From IMG/VR virus record IMGVR_UViG_3300009506_000003, positions 1 to 64,000 of that record: 64,000 nt of DNA, one strand, 5' to 3'. This stretch comes from a virus. Positions 37,401-46,100 of the stretch are shown here, piece after piece (position 1 is the first letter of the stretch; every line of letters begins with the position of its first letter). Under the pieces are notes generated by a model. The model saw only the letters and a list, made by a program, of their open reading frames with translations, made no database searches and was not told where the DNA came from. The translations under genes were made by a program, and so were the position numbers.

Positions 37401-38952
37401 AAAACTCGAAGCCGATCCTGTCTCGGTCTGCCCCCACCACCTGGCCGTACACGTCTGTGGTCAGCCCAAGGTCTGCCCGAGAGACTTCAAACACCACCAG
37501 GTCTCCTGGGCTGACCCCCGCGTCCTCGAACCCAGATCCTGGAACATGCAGAAGATGCGGGATCCTCCACGACGCCCCAACCACACCTTCAGGCATGGCT
37601 TCTTCGTCTGTGATGATGAGGGAGTAGTCCCTCCCTACCGTGATACTCACAGTTGACCCGCCGGTGAAGGCAGGCACGGGCCCGCCCGGCGGGTCGGCCG
37701 GGTACGCAACAGTCAGGTCGTAGGACCCAATCGCCTTCAGGAGATAGTCACCTGCATCGTCCCCATCGTTGATGGTCAGTTTGTCCCCTACCTGAGACGC
37801 TCCGAAGTCCACGCCTGTAGGGTCGATGATCACGTACGAGAGACCAGTCTCCGCGGTAGGGAAGACAGTCCCACTGAGGACGAGGGCGGTCTCCAACATC
37901 GCGTTCAGGATTTGATAGTCACCAGCGTAGGTGCCGGAAAGGATTCGAAGGATGTGAGACGAAGTCACGCCATCCGTTTGGAAGGTGGCATTGGCATCAT
38001 CGAACCGCGCGGTGGCGGCCAGCGTTTCGCCGTCGGTCTGGTCTCCAGAAAGAGGAAGCAGTTTGGCAATGGTATTGCTGGAAGGAACTGCGCTGAGACC
38101 AGTGAGGTTCTCTACTACCAGCGTCTCGTTCGCCACTCGACTGATCGTGTGGGCTTCCCCATTGACCACCACCACGCGGCCCTTAGCCCCGTAGTTGCCG
38201 CCCAGGTTGGTGAAGTCGGTCTTGTCTCCGTCTCCTACTCGGCCTTTTCGAACCCGGAAAACGGAAGTCATGCCTGTGCCGGGGACGGTACCGAGTGGGC
38301 CTGTCTCTCCTCCCACGCCTGCATCGGTTTTGCCCGCGATGATTCTCTGATCGAGGGCAGTGCTCACGTCGGTACGCATGCTGACGCTTTGCCAGCGCCG
38401 CTGGAACGTTGGCTGGATCGTGTCCAAAGACTTGTTGAGGTTCACACCCCAGATCTTCATCAGGTCGGTACCGATGACCTGAATAGCTGACGACCAGATA
38501 GAAGTGATCTTTTCCCGGTCCTCGACGAGCTTCCAAAAGTCGGAGATGTAGCTCCACAAGAAGTGGGCGTCGGGAATGATGTTCTCCCCGCAAGGAACTC
38601 GGGAGATCTGAATGTTGACGGTACAGGTGATCGGGTCGCTGTCGAGCTCTCCGTCGTTGACGATGAGCTGAACAACGTACACGCCTGTCTTGTCAGGAAC
38701 GAAAGAGACCGCAGTGGAGTTCGGACGGATGTCTTTGAAGCCCGCCCCTTCGACCTCGCTACCAATGGGTACTTGGGTGAACTTCCAATGGTGCGTTACG
38801 GTCTCCCCATCCGGGTCGTAGCTCTTGCGACCGTCGAGCTGGATGATGGACCCGACCAACGTGTCAATCTTGGTTGTCGCCAATACGGCTACCGGCTTGG
38901 CGTTGGAGCTGCCAGTTACGCTCGTAGCGAATCTTCTAGTCGGGGTACTCAC
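34492..38952 (-). CDS. Large baseplate/tail protein with N-terminal PKD-like Ig domain
   Basis: LDGRKSYDPDG...WKF...GVYVVQLIVNDG; wedge-like GPTISNIRLGLQILLGLPF and VRQIKPAYT; repeated beta modules. Confidence 0.7.
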   Translation of the reverse strand: MSTPTRRFATSVTGSSNAKPVAVLATTKIDTLVGSIIQLDGRKSYDPDGETVTHHWKFTQVPIGSEVEGAGFKDIRPNSTAVSFVPDKTGVYVVQLIVNDGELDSDPITCTVNIQISRVPCGENIIPDAHFLWSYISDFWKLVEDREKITSIWSSAIQVIGTDLMKIWGVNLNKSLDTIQPTFQRRWQSVSMRTDVSTALDQRIIAGKTDAGVGGETGPLGTVPGTGMTSVFRVRKGRVGDGDKTDFTNLGGNYGAKGRVVVVNGEAHTISRVANETLVVENLTGLSAVPSSNTIAKLLPLSGDQTDGETLAATARFDDANATFQTDGVTSSHILRILSGTYAGDYQILNAMLETALVLSGTVFPTAETGLSYVIIDPTGVDFGASQVGDKLTINDGDDAGDYLLKAIGSYDLTVAYPADPPGGPVPAFTGGSTVSITVGRDYSLIITDEEAMPEGVVGASWRIPHLLHVPGSGFEDAGVSPGDLVVFEVSRADLGLTTDVYGQVVGADRDRIGFEFSGAVLDPVVNSGSDATLVESGGLVTVSGLKNIRPTSVGGWLEILNGDNPGVYRIRGFLSEDAVTIENRLASGADSANPGIEWVERGKTGGNFDRALFRKIVLDLRIVPGQASNEDIAAAAETLISFMPTGINLNTRPFSQYGVTFKAKEIIHNQKARVPDELVSAPVLQESVIDPPVALRENLDYVIEDGMLTFVSDLFSISEPSPEKFWMECAIFDNSAVVEGNFGRLVGLLKDDLTESRTRAPYLSAVKGLFFAYTNGPTISNIRLGLQILLGLPFSEETGVVLEVQDSFTVDTEGNPLGRILIEDTDEVTGKRLGFRRVYFYSTAVGLETNPATQRPYAIGDKIVRFAPISKGVDVVDYVKDPLWWQRTFQGLEILKYFTFKVFIDSRTFNADDVQFAVDFVRQIKPAYTKVVTSTLLELVDDIELTDVLGGREVMKFYDNIWGLEATARSNDYNQQGGLLWNAGSAPFNTRTPRMLQDVVTSESTSQPRTSGTGGQAGALGNPSLFRMSGYITTMIPHPPRAGDTLRVLSGSYVGDYEILSVDILDTSDYTIVKVVGTPFTALQSGVSYEIVGTNILASSATGWDLDMVRGRQYGGESATLRPWSPIEGDILVILQGQEGSTPTQPGMYEIEEVIDENTLHLGWSAFGPDPDDYTYYTLPVTRMGTPKHHLVTKQFQFGSNLICTILRREAPTLYRGTDLVVADNVVSSAAADFVKASVRVGDHVVIEKDRANPTLPASQGEYVIVHRDSNLRGLNCTVNWTTGVVTGLTGMSPSMVGRTIVFDDFWAYAEQKSAIITSYVDPTSVEVRNDSGATATRSNERWHIAPLPPTLDPTSLVVRLADGTDPVFGTDSDLAYRIVRPVHLKQQVLAASFEYNSGITEQLLRAIYMDVVGLAMNWDWAPPVRDIFTPGMVGQFVSVSGHPDPTRNQTFYIKGYVDPGRIAIDAAFTETSNTPVTLTFGAQP

Positions 38953-41900
38953 TACACATCCTCAGCTTCTATGATGACGTTGAATGCTTGGTCGAACTGG
39001 CTCAGTGCCTCCTCCTCGTCCAAAACCCTCCTGACGTCTAACTCGAACCCGTCGGAGATCCCGTACTTCAAGAGGTCCCAGTGAGAGACGCTCAACACCT
39101 CCGAGTCCACGTGCCCAATCCGTATCCTAGCATTGGTGCTTGAGGTTGTGGGCTCGAAACCCGGCTCGTCTATCTCAAGAATCACGTCCTCATCGATTCT
39201 CAAGACCACCTTGCCGCCCACCGTCTTCTCAAAACGATAGAGATGGAACTTGGTCCAGTCGACCTGGGCGTAGGTGCCCGCCACATCCTCATCCCCAGCT
39301 CTGATGGCATCAAGGTTCTCTTTGAATCCATCGGCAGTGGAGTCGAACTTCTTGTGCTGGAGTGCCACGATCTTGCCCAAGGGGGGACCGGCCTCAGCAA
39401 AGTTGATGCTCCACAAGAAAGTGCCATCGAAGATCTGGACTACCACACCCGTGAACGCGCGAATCGGGTTCACCCCCTCCGTCCAGCGGGTCGACCCTTC
39501 ACTGACCGTGTACGATGCAACTCGAGATCTCCACTCGACGTGCCATCCTGAGTCAGACTGAAGAACGCCAATCAACTCCCTATCGAACCTCTGGTTGAGG
39601 AGTCCCACGTCCGAGATAATCGCGAACGTCGGGTCGACTATCTCCTCCCACTCGATCTCGGGGTTTCCACTGTCGGCCCCAGATGCGGAGGGATTCTCGA
39701 TGGTGACCTCGTACCCAGTGATGTACCCGCTGATCCGGTAGATGCCTGGATGGTCCCCATTGAGGATTCGAAGGTAGTTGCCCACTGACTCAGCAGACAT
39801 GCCCGTCAGTCCAGATACGGAGACTACCCCGGCTGCTTCTTCGATACTCGCATCGGCCCCCTGGTTGGACTCTTGAGAATCCGTCCCAGGCACCACGGTG
39901 CCACCAACACTGGGGGCCCACGATGGTGTAGCAGACACCAGGTCTCTCCAGTCCGTCACCTGCCCCAAGTAGGAATAGCGGATCCTCCGAACGAACATCT
40001 CAGCTTCAGCGTCCACCGCATTCGCGTTGTGCAAGAACCCGATTCCGGGACCCGGAAGAGCTGCGGCTGGAAGGTCTATCGCTAGCACCTCCACCACGAG
40101 ATCCTCCGTCAAGCCCTCGTCCGTCTCGATGATGTTGTAGAGCTTCACCCGGTCTCCGGGCTGGTAGATGAGACGGTACTGGCGCTCAGTGCCGAAGGAC
40201 TGTTGCCCGCCTTCATAGGATGACAAGAGCTCAGGGTTCGCAGAGTCTGTCAGGATGCCGACGTACTGCGTCCCAGCACTGTCCTGCAGCAAGGCAAACC
40301 GGACGTCATTTGTCCCGTCGCTGATGTAGACCTCGATGCCAGTAGAGGCTGCTCCCTCTTCTTGCCTGACCACGGAGCCAGAAAGCCAGAAGTCCAAAAC
40401 GATGGGCCCTGTGACTCGAGGCTCTATGCGGTGGTAGCCAATGCTCTCCGCGCCTTGGCGACGGGTGAGCTGCAAACCGAGAGGGCACACCCGTTGGTAC
40501 CCACCCCAGGTGCCAAACGAAGCCGGCAAGGGTAACCACGGGCTCGAGGCGTCCAGTGGAGCGCTCTCAGTGCCATCGTACTCTATCTGGTTGTTCGTTC
40601 TGATGATGGAGACGTGCCCGCCTGCGGGGATACCATTGGCAACAGCTCGACTCACCTCGTTGTGAAGGAAGACACCCTTCCAGCGGCTGACACTGGTGGC
40701 GGCCGTTTCAACACCATGCCCGAAAATGACCCACGGTTGAGGTGTGCGAATCTCCCAAGAGGGGACAGAACCGAAAGCGGATACGGTAGTCTCGATGAGC
40801 AGGCGGTCACTGTCCGCGAACTCATCTTTCACATACAGCTTCACCAAGTCGAGCTGGGGGTGCCACAGCAGCTTGAAGGTGTTCGAGCCATCAGGATTCA
40901 AAGCAGCGCCCACGTCCCAGTCAAAGGCTGTACTTGGAACCACTACCTGGGGCCCTGTGAGGCCCGCATCGTACAGCGCTACCGTGCGCCCGCCATCGTC
41001 GATGAACTTGACCACAACTCCAGAGTCGTTTGCATACAACCCGACCTGCACCCCGCTGAGGATGCCAGAGTAGGCCACCTCTGAAGCATTCAGCTTCAGG
41101 GTGAACTCGATCATCATGGGAGCGTCCGGATTGGCCGGTGCCTCGAGCCCACCCATACGGAGTACGGCCTCCTGATTGCTGCCGCCGGCGAGCTTGGAGA
41201 TCTTCAGGTAGTCCCCATCGAGCTCGAGCTCAGCCGGGTTGTTGGGGTGCCCAGACAGTGCTTCGAAGTGCATCGTGGGAAAGTCGAGGTCCTGTGGAAG
41301 CTCATCTCCCAGGTAGAACACCGGGCCGTTTCCCAGGTAGACGTTGACCTTTCCGCGGTCAACCTCAGAGTCCGGGTCCCGAAGACTGCACCGAAGGCTA
41401 GACCCAACCTTTGCAGTGGAGTTGTGCAAGGGAACGATGTTGGTGACAATGGCTGCTTCACTGAAAACAGAGAAGCTCCACACCACACTTGAACCCTCGC
41501 CTCCTGGCCCAGAGGTCTCCACCCTCCAGTAGTAGAGCGACCCCGCGGACAGTGTTCCTGGATCATATGTCAGGCCGGTCTGGAATCCCTTGAACGTTCC
41601 ACCGACGCCGGCGAGGACATCAGCTTCCACCTGCCCGAAGTACACGTTGTACCCGTCGATGTGAGGGTCGCCTCCGACCGGAGCCGCCCATTCCAGTTGC
41701 TGCGTGGACGGGATTCCTGTGGACCCGTTCGGGGGGTCCACGATAGTTGGCGGGTCCGGAGCGGCCGGGGTCAACACGGTGAAGCTCCAGATGGCTCCCT
41801 TGGTGGTACCACCTTCCCCGACAGTATCGATTCTCCAATAGTGCGTCAGGCCGAAGCTCAGCGTGCCTGGATCGTAGGTTGTTCCTGCTTGATTCCCTTT

Positions 41901-42779
41901 GAAGGTTCCGCCCACTCCGGCGTCGACGTTGGCGTAGGACGTTCCGAAGTAGACATCGTAGCTGGATACAGGAGAGCCTCCAGATGGAGGATCCCACTCG
42001 AGCTGTTGTGTCTCCGGCCTCCCAGTGGCTCCATTGAGCGGATCAACGATCACCGCCTGATTGGGAGGCGGTGTAGGCATGAGAGAGACGATAGCTCCTG
42101 TGACGAAGTCGATGATGGTGCCAAAGCCCGTTATGTCGGAGTACGTGCTCCTTCCAGGGACGATGCTGGCGTCAATGCGGTCTCCGACTATGAGGCGCTG
42201 CTGGTCATTGTGAACCTGCCCACCACCTGTGTAGTTGAAGTACCTCTTGCCGACGAGGCTGAAGCTGTTGCCCGGATCTGTTGCGGAGCTCCAGGCATCC
42301 GTGCCGTCGTTGTGGGCCATAGCCGCGACGTACAGCTCTCCAGCCATAGATGGAGTGCCCGCTGTACCCGACACAACCGTGGCGGGGTTAGACCCAGGGT
42401 TGCCTACATAGCTGGCAGTCAGATCGGCTCCTCCTGCCGCCCAGACGCCTGAGTACTGAGCGAAGCATGCTGCTAAAGGAGCTCCGACGTCTTTGTAGAG
42501 GTACGCCGAAGAAGACACCCCTGGTCCAACAACCTCACCAATCCAAATCTCTACGGTTGGCTTTCTCTCCCCAGATCCGGCATAGGGGTTGTTGACCTCA
42601 ATGAGCTTCGACCAGTTGACCCCGGTCTGACTGATGCTGGAGAGGCCACAGTTGTGCCAGCTCGTGATGCACGTGATGATGGTCCGACCCACTACTGGCG
42701 TGAAGCCCATGCCCACAAACCAGGAGGTGGCCGTGGAGTTGTGGGCCGCGTTCGTCTGATGTGTCCGAACTATTGCCAC
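38952..42779 (-). CDS. Large virion protein with two FN3-like repeats and lectin-like beta domains
   Basis: 1275 aa, GTG start with AGGAGG RBS; tandem YDVYFG...YYWR...WSF repeats. Confidence 0.7.
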   Translation of the reverse strand: MAIVRTHQTNAAHNSTATSWFVGMGFTPVVGRTIITCITSWHNCGLSSISQTGVNWSKLIEVNNPYAGSGERKPTVEIWIGEVVGPGVSSSAYLYKDVGAPLAACFAQYSGVWAAGGADLTASYVGNPGSNPATVVSGTAGTPSMAGELYVAAMAHNDGTDAWSSATDPGNSFSLVGKRYFNYTGGGQVHNDQQRLIVGDRIDASIVPGRSTYSDITGFGTIIDFVTGAIVSLMPTPPPNQAVIVDPLNGATGRPETQQLEWDPPSGGSPVSSYDVYFGTSYANVDAGVGGTFKGNQAGTTYDPGTLSFGLTHYWRIDTVGEGGTTKGAIWSFTVLTPAAPDPPTIVDPPNGSTGIPSTQQLEWAAPVGGDPHIDGYNVYFGQVEADVLAGVGGTFKGFQTGLTYDPGTLSAGSLYYWRVETSGPGGEGSSVVWSFSVFSEAAIVTNIVPLHNSTAKVGSSLRCSLRDPDSEVDRGKVNVYLGNGPVFYLGDELPQDLDFPTMHFEALSGHPNNPAELELDGDYLKISKLAGGSNQEAVLRMGGLEAPANPDAPMMIEFTLKLNASEVAYSGILSGVQVGLYANDSGVVVKFIDDGGRTVALYDAGLTGPQVVVPSTAFDWDVGAALNPDGSNTFKLLWHPQLDLVKLYVKDEFADSDRLLIETTVSAFGSVPSWEIRTPQPWVIFGHGVETAATSVSRWKGVFLHNEVSRAVANGIPAGGHVSIIRTNNQIEYDGTESAPLDASSPWLPLPASFGTWGGYQRVCPLGLQLTRRQGAESIGYHRIEPRVTGPIVLDFWLSGSVVRQEEGAASTGIEVYISDGTNDVRFALLQDSAGTQYVGILTDSANPELLSSYEGGQQSFGTERQYRLIYQPGDRVKLYNIIETDEGLTEDLVVEVLAIDLPAAALPGPGIGFLHNANAVDAEAEMFVRRIRYSYLGQVTDWRDLVSATPSWAPSVGGTVVPGTDSQESNQGADASIEEAAGVVSVSGLTGMSAESVGNYLRILNGDHPGIYRISGYITGYEVTIENPSASGADSGNPEIEWEEIVDPTFAIISDVGLLNQRFDRELIGVLQSDSGWHVEWRSRVASYTVSEGSTRWTEGVNPIRAFTGVVVQIFDGTFLWSINFAEAGPPLGKIVALQHKKFDSTADGFKENLDAIRAGDEDVAGTYAQVDWTKFHLYRFEKTVGGKVVLRIDEDVILEIDEPGFEPTTSSTNARIRIGHVDSEVLSVSHWDLLKYGISDGFELDVRRVLDEEEALSQFDQAFNVIIEAEDV
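41465..42070 (-). repeat. Two tandem ~100-aa FN3-like repeats
   Basis: Shared IVDP.NG.TG.P.TQQLEW, Y.VYFG, AGVGGTFKG.Q.G.TYDPGTLS.G, YWR, WSF. Confidence 0.85.
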
Positions 42780-42792
42780 CTACCAGCCCTCC

Positions 42793-42809
42793 TGTGGTAG
42801 GGTTTGAGC
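42793..42809 (+). promoter_or_regulatory. Putative extended -10 promoter for a leaderless transcript
   Basis: TGTGG-TAGGGT (hexamer 42798-42803) ends 6 nt before ATG 42810; no Shine-Dalgarno. Confidence 0.4.
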
Positions 42810-43196
42810 ATGTTCAAACCCATGGACCAAGAGCTCTGCCGCGCGCTCATTGAGGGGCAACCAGATCTCCTGTCCGAAGAGGCCAAGGCAGAGGAAGAGC
42901 TCTACCAAAACCTCTCCTGCCCAATGTGCAACGCCGGCGGGTGCGAGAAGAGAATAGAAGCCCCTCGGGTGCTGCCCGGACCAAATGGAGAGCCCGTCAT
43001 CGTGGCTTCCCCGTTCGTTGAGGGAAGGAATCTTCCCCAGGGCTATGCTCACTGCACTCATTGTGGCACCGATTTCAATCCTCGTTCTGGAGTCATCCGT
43101 AAAACGGAGGCCTCCCAAATCCTCCCTGTCGACGCAGCCGACACGGACCCTGCCTCTACGATTGTTTTTGCACAATCAATCCCTCGCCCAAAGTAG
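42810..43196 (+). CDS. Zn-finger protein counter-oriented within the tail operon
   Basis: CPMC...C...CTHC; occupies the gap between two minus-strand genes. Confidence 0.7.
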   Translation: MFKPMDQELCRALIEGQPDLLSEEAKAEEELYQNLSCPMCNAGGCEKRIEAPRVLPGPNGEPVIVASPFVEGRNLPQGYAHCTHCGTDFNPRSGVIRKTEASQILPVDAADTDPASTIVFAQSIPRPK

Positions 43197-46100
43197 CGAA
43201 AAAGGCAGAAATCCTGCCGGTTCCGTTATACGGCACTTCAAGTGTGCCGCCTAGCCTGTTTTCGGTCCGATTCACCACCAGGTTCCTGTCGATGTCGTGC
43301 GTGATGACTGCGATGGTGATGGGGTGCTCGATAGAGGTCGCGTCACGACGCGCGATGAACGCCTCCAAATCTGACACCTCGAGCTCGCCTTCGGCTCCCA
43401 GGTTGTTGATGTAGTTCTCGATGAGCGGCCCCACGTCGGACTCCGAAGGACCTCCTCGATAGAGTAGCTGTGTGAACACGTAGGACGGCAAGAAGTGCCT
43501 GCCCAGCGGGTTCGCGTTGATGGGGCGCTCCTGGTCAGACCGGAGTAGATCGTGGACCAGCTTGGCCGTGGTTGAGGTCTCGTAGACCACCTTGAGGTTG
43601 CGACCACTGACTTCGGTCATGTTCTCTGGGCTGTCACTGTTGCCGACTGGCAAGAACCTCCGGTCGAAGCTGAGCGACACGCGCTCGAACGGAGAGAACG
43701 TCAGGTTGTTGTTGTCCACGACGTATGTGTAGCCGTCGACATCCAACCCCGACTTCACCACCAGGCGGGTGAGCCTCCCCAAGTTGAACTCATCTCCCGA
43801 CCCGAGAGACTCCACGTTGATGTCGACGTAGTAGAATGACCCGTCGAAGTTGTCTTCCATCTCCGTCGAGCTCACACGGAAGACCCCTGGACGCAGGATG
43901 CGGAAGGGGGCCATGTCTCCAGGGTTCAGCAGGCCGTTGTCACTTTCGAACGGGCCTACCGTAAGCATCGTTCTGGACCCGTGCAGCCCTCCCCATATCT
44001 TGTAGGGGTGGTTGGACCCTGTAGCAGGGAAACGGTTCTGCGAGTTGTTCACGATGGTGACCACGTTCGCGGCCACGCTCGCGATAGGGTACACGCCGGC
44101 AGACGGGCCTGCAGCGATCTCAACCTGGTCTCCGGGTTGCACCCCCAGAGAGAGGAAGTTCACCGTGAGGTCTTGGAGCTGCGTGAAGCTGATGATTCCA
44201 CCCACGCCGGCAAGATCGATGTCCTCCCTACGGGTAGCCACTTCTGTGACAGCAGCCTGCTTCGGGACGGTCTTGTAGATCTTGAAAGCGTGACCAACGT
44301 TCTCTTCACCCACCGTGTTGATCCACGAGAACAGGCCAGTGCCGAAGGGGATGATGTCCCCGCCCACATAGTCCACCTGCTCGTAGGTGCCGGGGTCCAT
44401 GTCGATCTCGACTTGGTTTGCTGCCGGCGTCGACTTGATCTCGTAGGTGCCATCGATGTCACCGCGAGTCGACTCGAAGATGGTGATGTAGTTGCCTATC
44501 TGAGTGCCAGGGTTGTCCGTGGCATCTTCCAGCGTGACGGAAGATGTCCCTGGAGTCAGGGTCGCATCTCGCAAAGGAGTGGCGAGCTCCTGATGGATGA
44601 TCGACTCCGTGCTCCCAGTCATCAGCGCGTTCAGCCGAAGAGTGTTTGGGCCAATGACCTCCTCGATGACGTACTCTCCCTCGTCCGGACCCTCATCGAT
44701 GTAGAGAAGCTGACCCGCAAGAGGAAACGCCTCATCCATTGCTTCAAAGTCGATGAGAGAGTTCGAAGGAACTGACACTCGGTTGGACCCAGCCACTGTT
44801 CTCAGCCCAGCGGGCTTGCCGTAGATGCCAATGCTCTCGAAAGTTTCCCCGGTTGTGCGCCGGAAGGGGAGCTGTTCATTCACCTCGAGGAGGTCTCCAG
44901 GTTGAATCTCCAGCTCATACACGCCAGGACCAGTGGGATCCGTGAGCTCAATGATGGACTCGTACTCCCCTGCCACTGCTCCGGGTTTGCTCCGTGCCAA
45001 ACGTATGTCCCTACTCCTGCTTGAGGACTCACCAGCAGACGGGAAGATCGAGTACCCGTCCACCTCAGAGAAGTGGTACTCCTTCGGGGTACCAGATTCC
45101 TCCTCGTTGAGTCTCCCACCCTGCAACCCGGTGGCCACCGTGACAGTGGTGGGCTCCTGGAAGTAGAGCCGAGCCACGCCAGAAGAAGGCAGACCAACAG
45201 AGTAGTGAACCGCCGAGGCGAGCTCGGTGAAGTGGGTACCTCCGTTGTTCTCGGTAGCAACCTCGATGTAGTGGTTGGATGGGAGACCATCCCCCGTACC
45301 CACTCTGGTGACAGTGTATCGACCAGCGTTGTCGGTGTTGAAAATGTTGAGTCTGAATCCTGGAACAACTCCCTCTGACAAGAAGTTCACGTTGTCGTCG
45401 AACAGCCGGATGTAGTACCCGCCTGTTCCAACCTGCGTCTCCCCCGTGAAGCTCTCTTGTTGAGACCCTTCTGCTCTGTTGGAGAAGACTCCCAGCGCGC
45501 GGGCGTCGATATTGTCCCCGTAGGGGATCTTGATTCCGGTCGGTTGAGAGCTGGAGTCGAGAAGCTCGATCTCCTTCACCCGCACCATCGGGCGCTCCAC
45601 GCCAGAGAACGCACGGTACACCGTGAAATCCAGCGAAGTGGCAGTGTTCAAGGGAGGATTGTCGAGCGTCACGGAAGTACCAGACACTGCCACGATAGTG
45701 AACTGACCTGCATCGTCTCCTTCCAGGATCTCAAGGGTGTCACCAGCCTCGACTCCTGCGAGCAGGAAGTTTGTGGACCCGCTGACGGACACAAACTCGA
45801 GGCCTGCCACAGTGGAAAGATCGTCGCCGGCGAAGATAGAACCCAGAGGGATCTTGACTACCCGAGGGGTCACCAGGTCGACGTCGAGCTCGTCTGCGAT
45901 GCGGTATCGAAGGCCGCTTCCATCCCCCAAACCTGAAGGAGAGTGGGTCTTGGTCAAGTCTCGATCCAAAACGAGAGTGTCACCTGTGTCCAACCAATCC
46001 AGAATCCTACGGATGGTGTAGATGCCCGCGTCGTCTCCTGTCTCGATGACAACAGAGTCTCCAACGCTGGCTCCCTTGACTCTGAGGTCGGCCCCGGATT

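Noticed and set aside
42780-43175. Minus-strand 131-aa ORF that would keep the operon co-directional
   Set aside because: It has no motif or RBS, whereas the + strand ORF has a clear CxxC...CxxC pattern.
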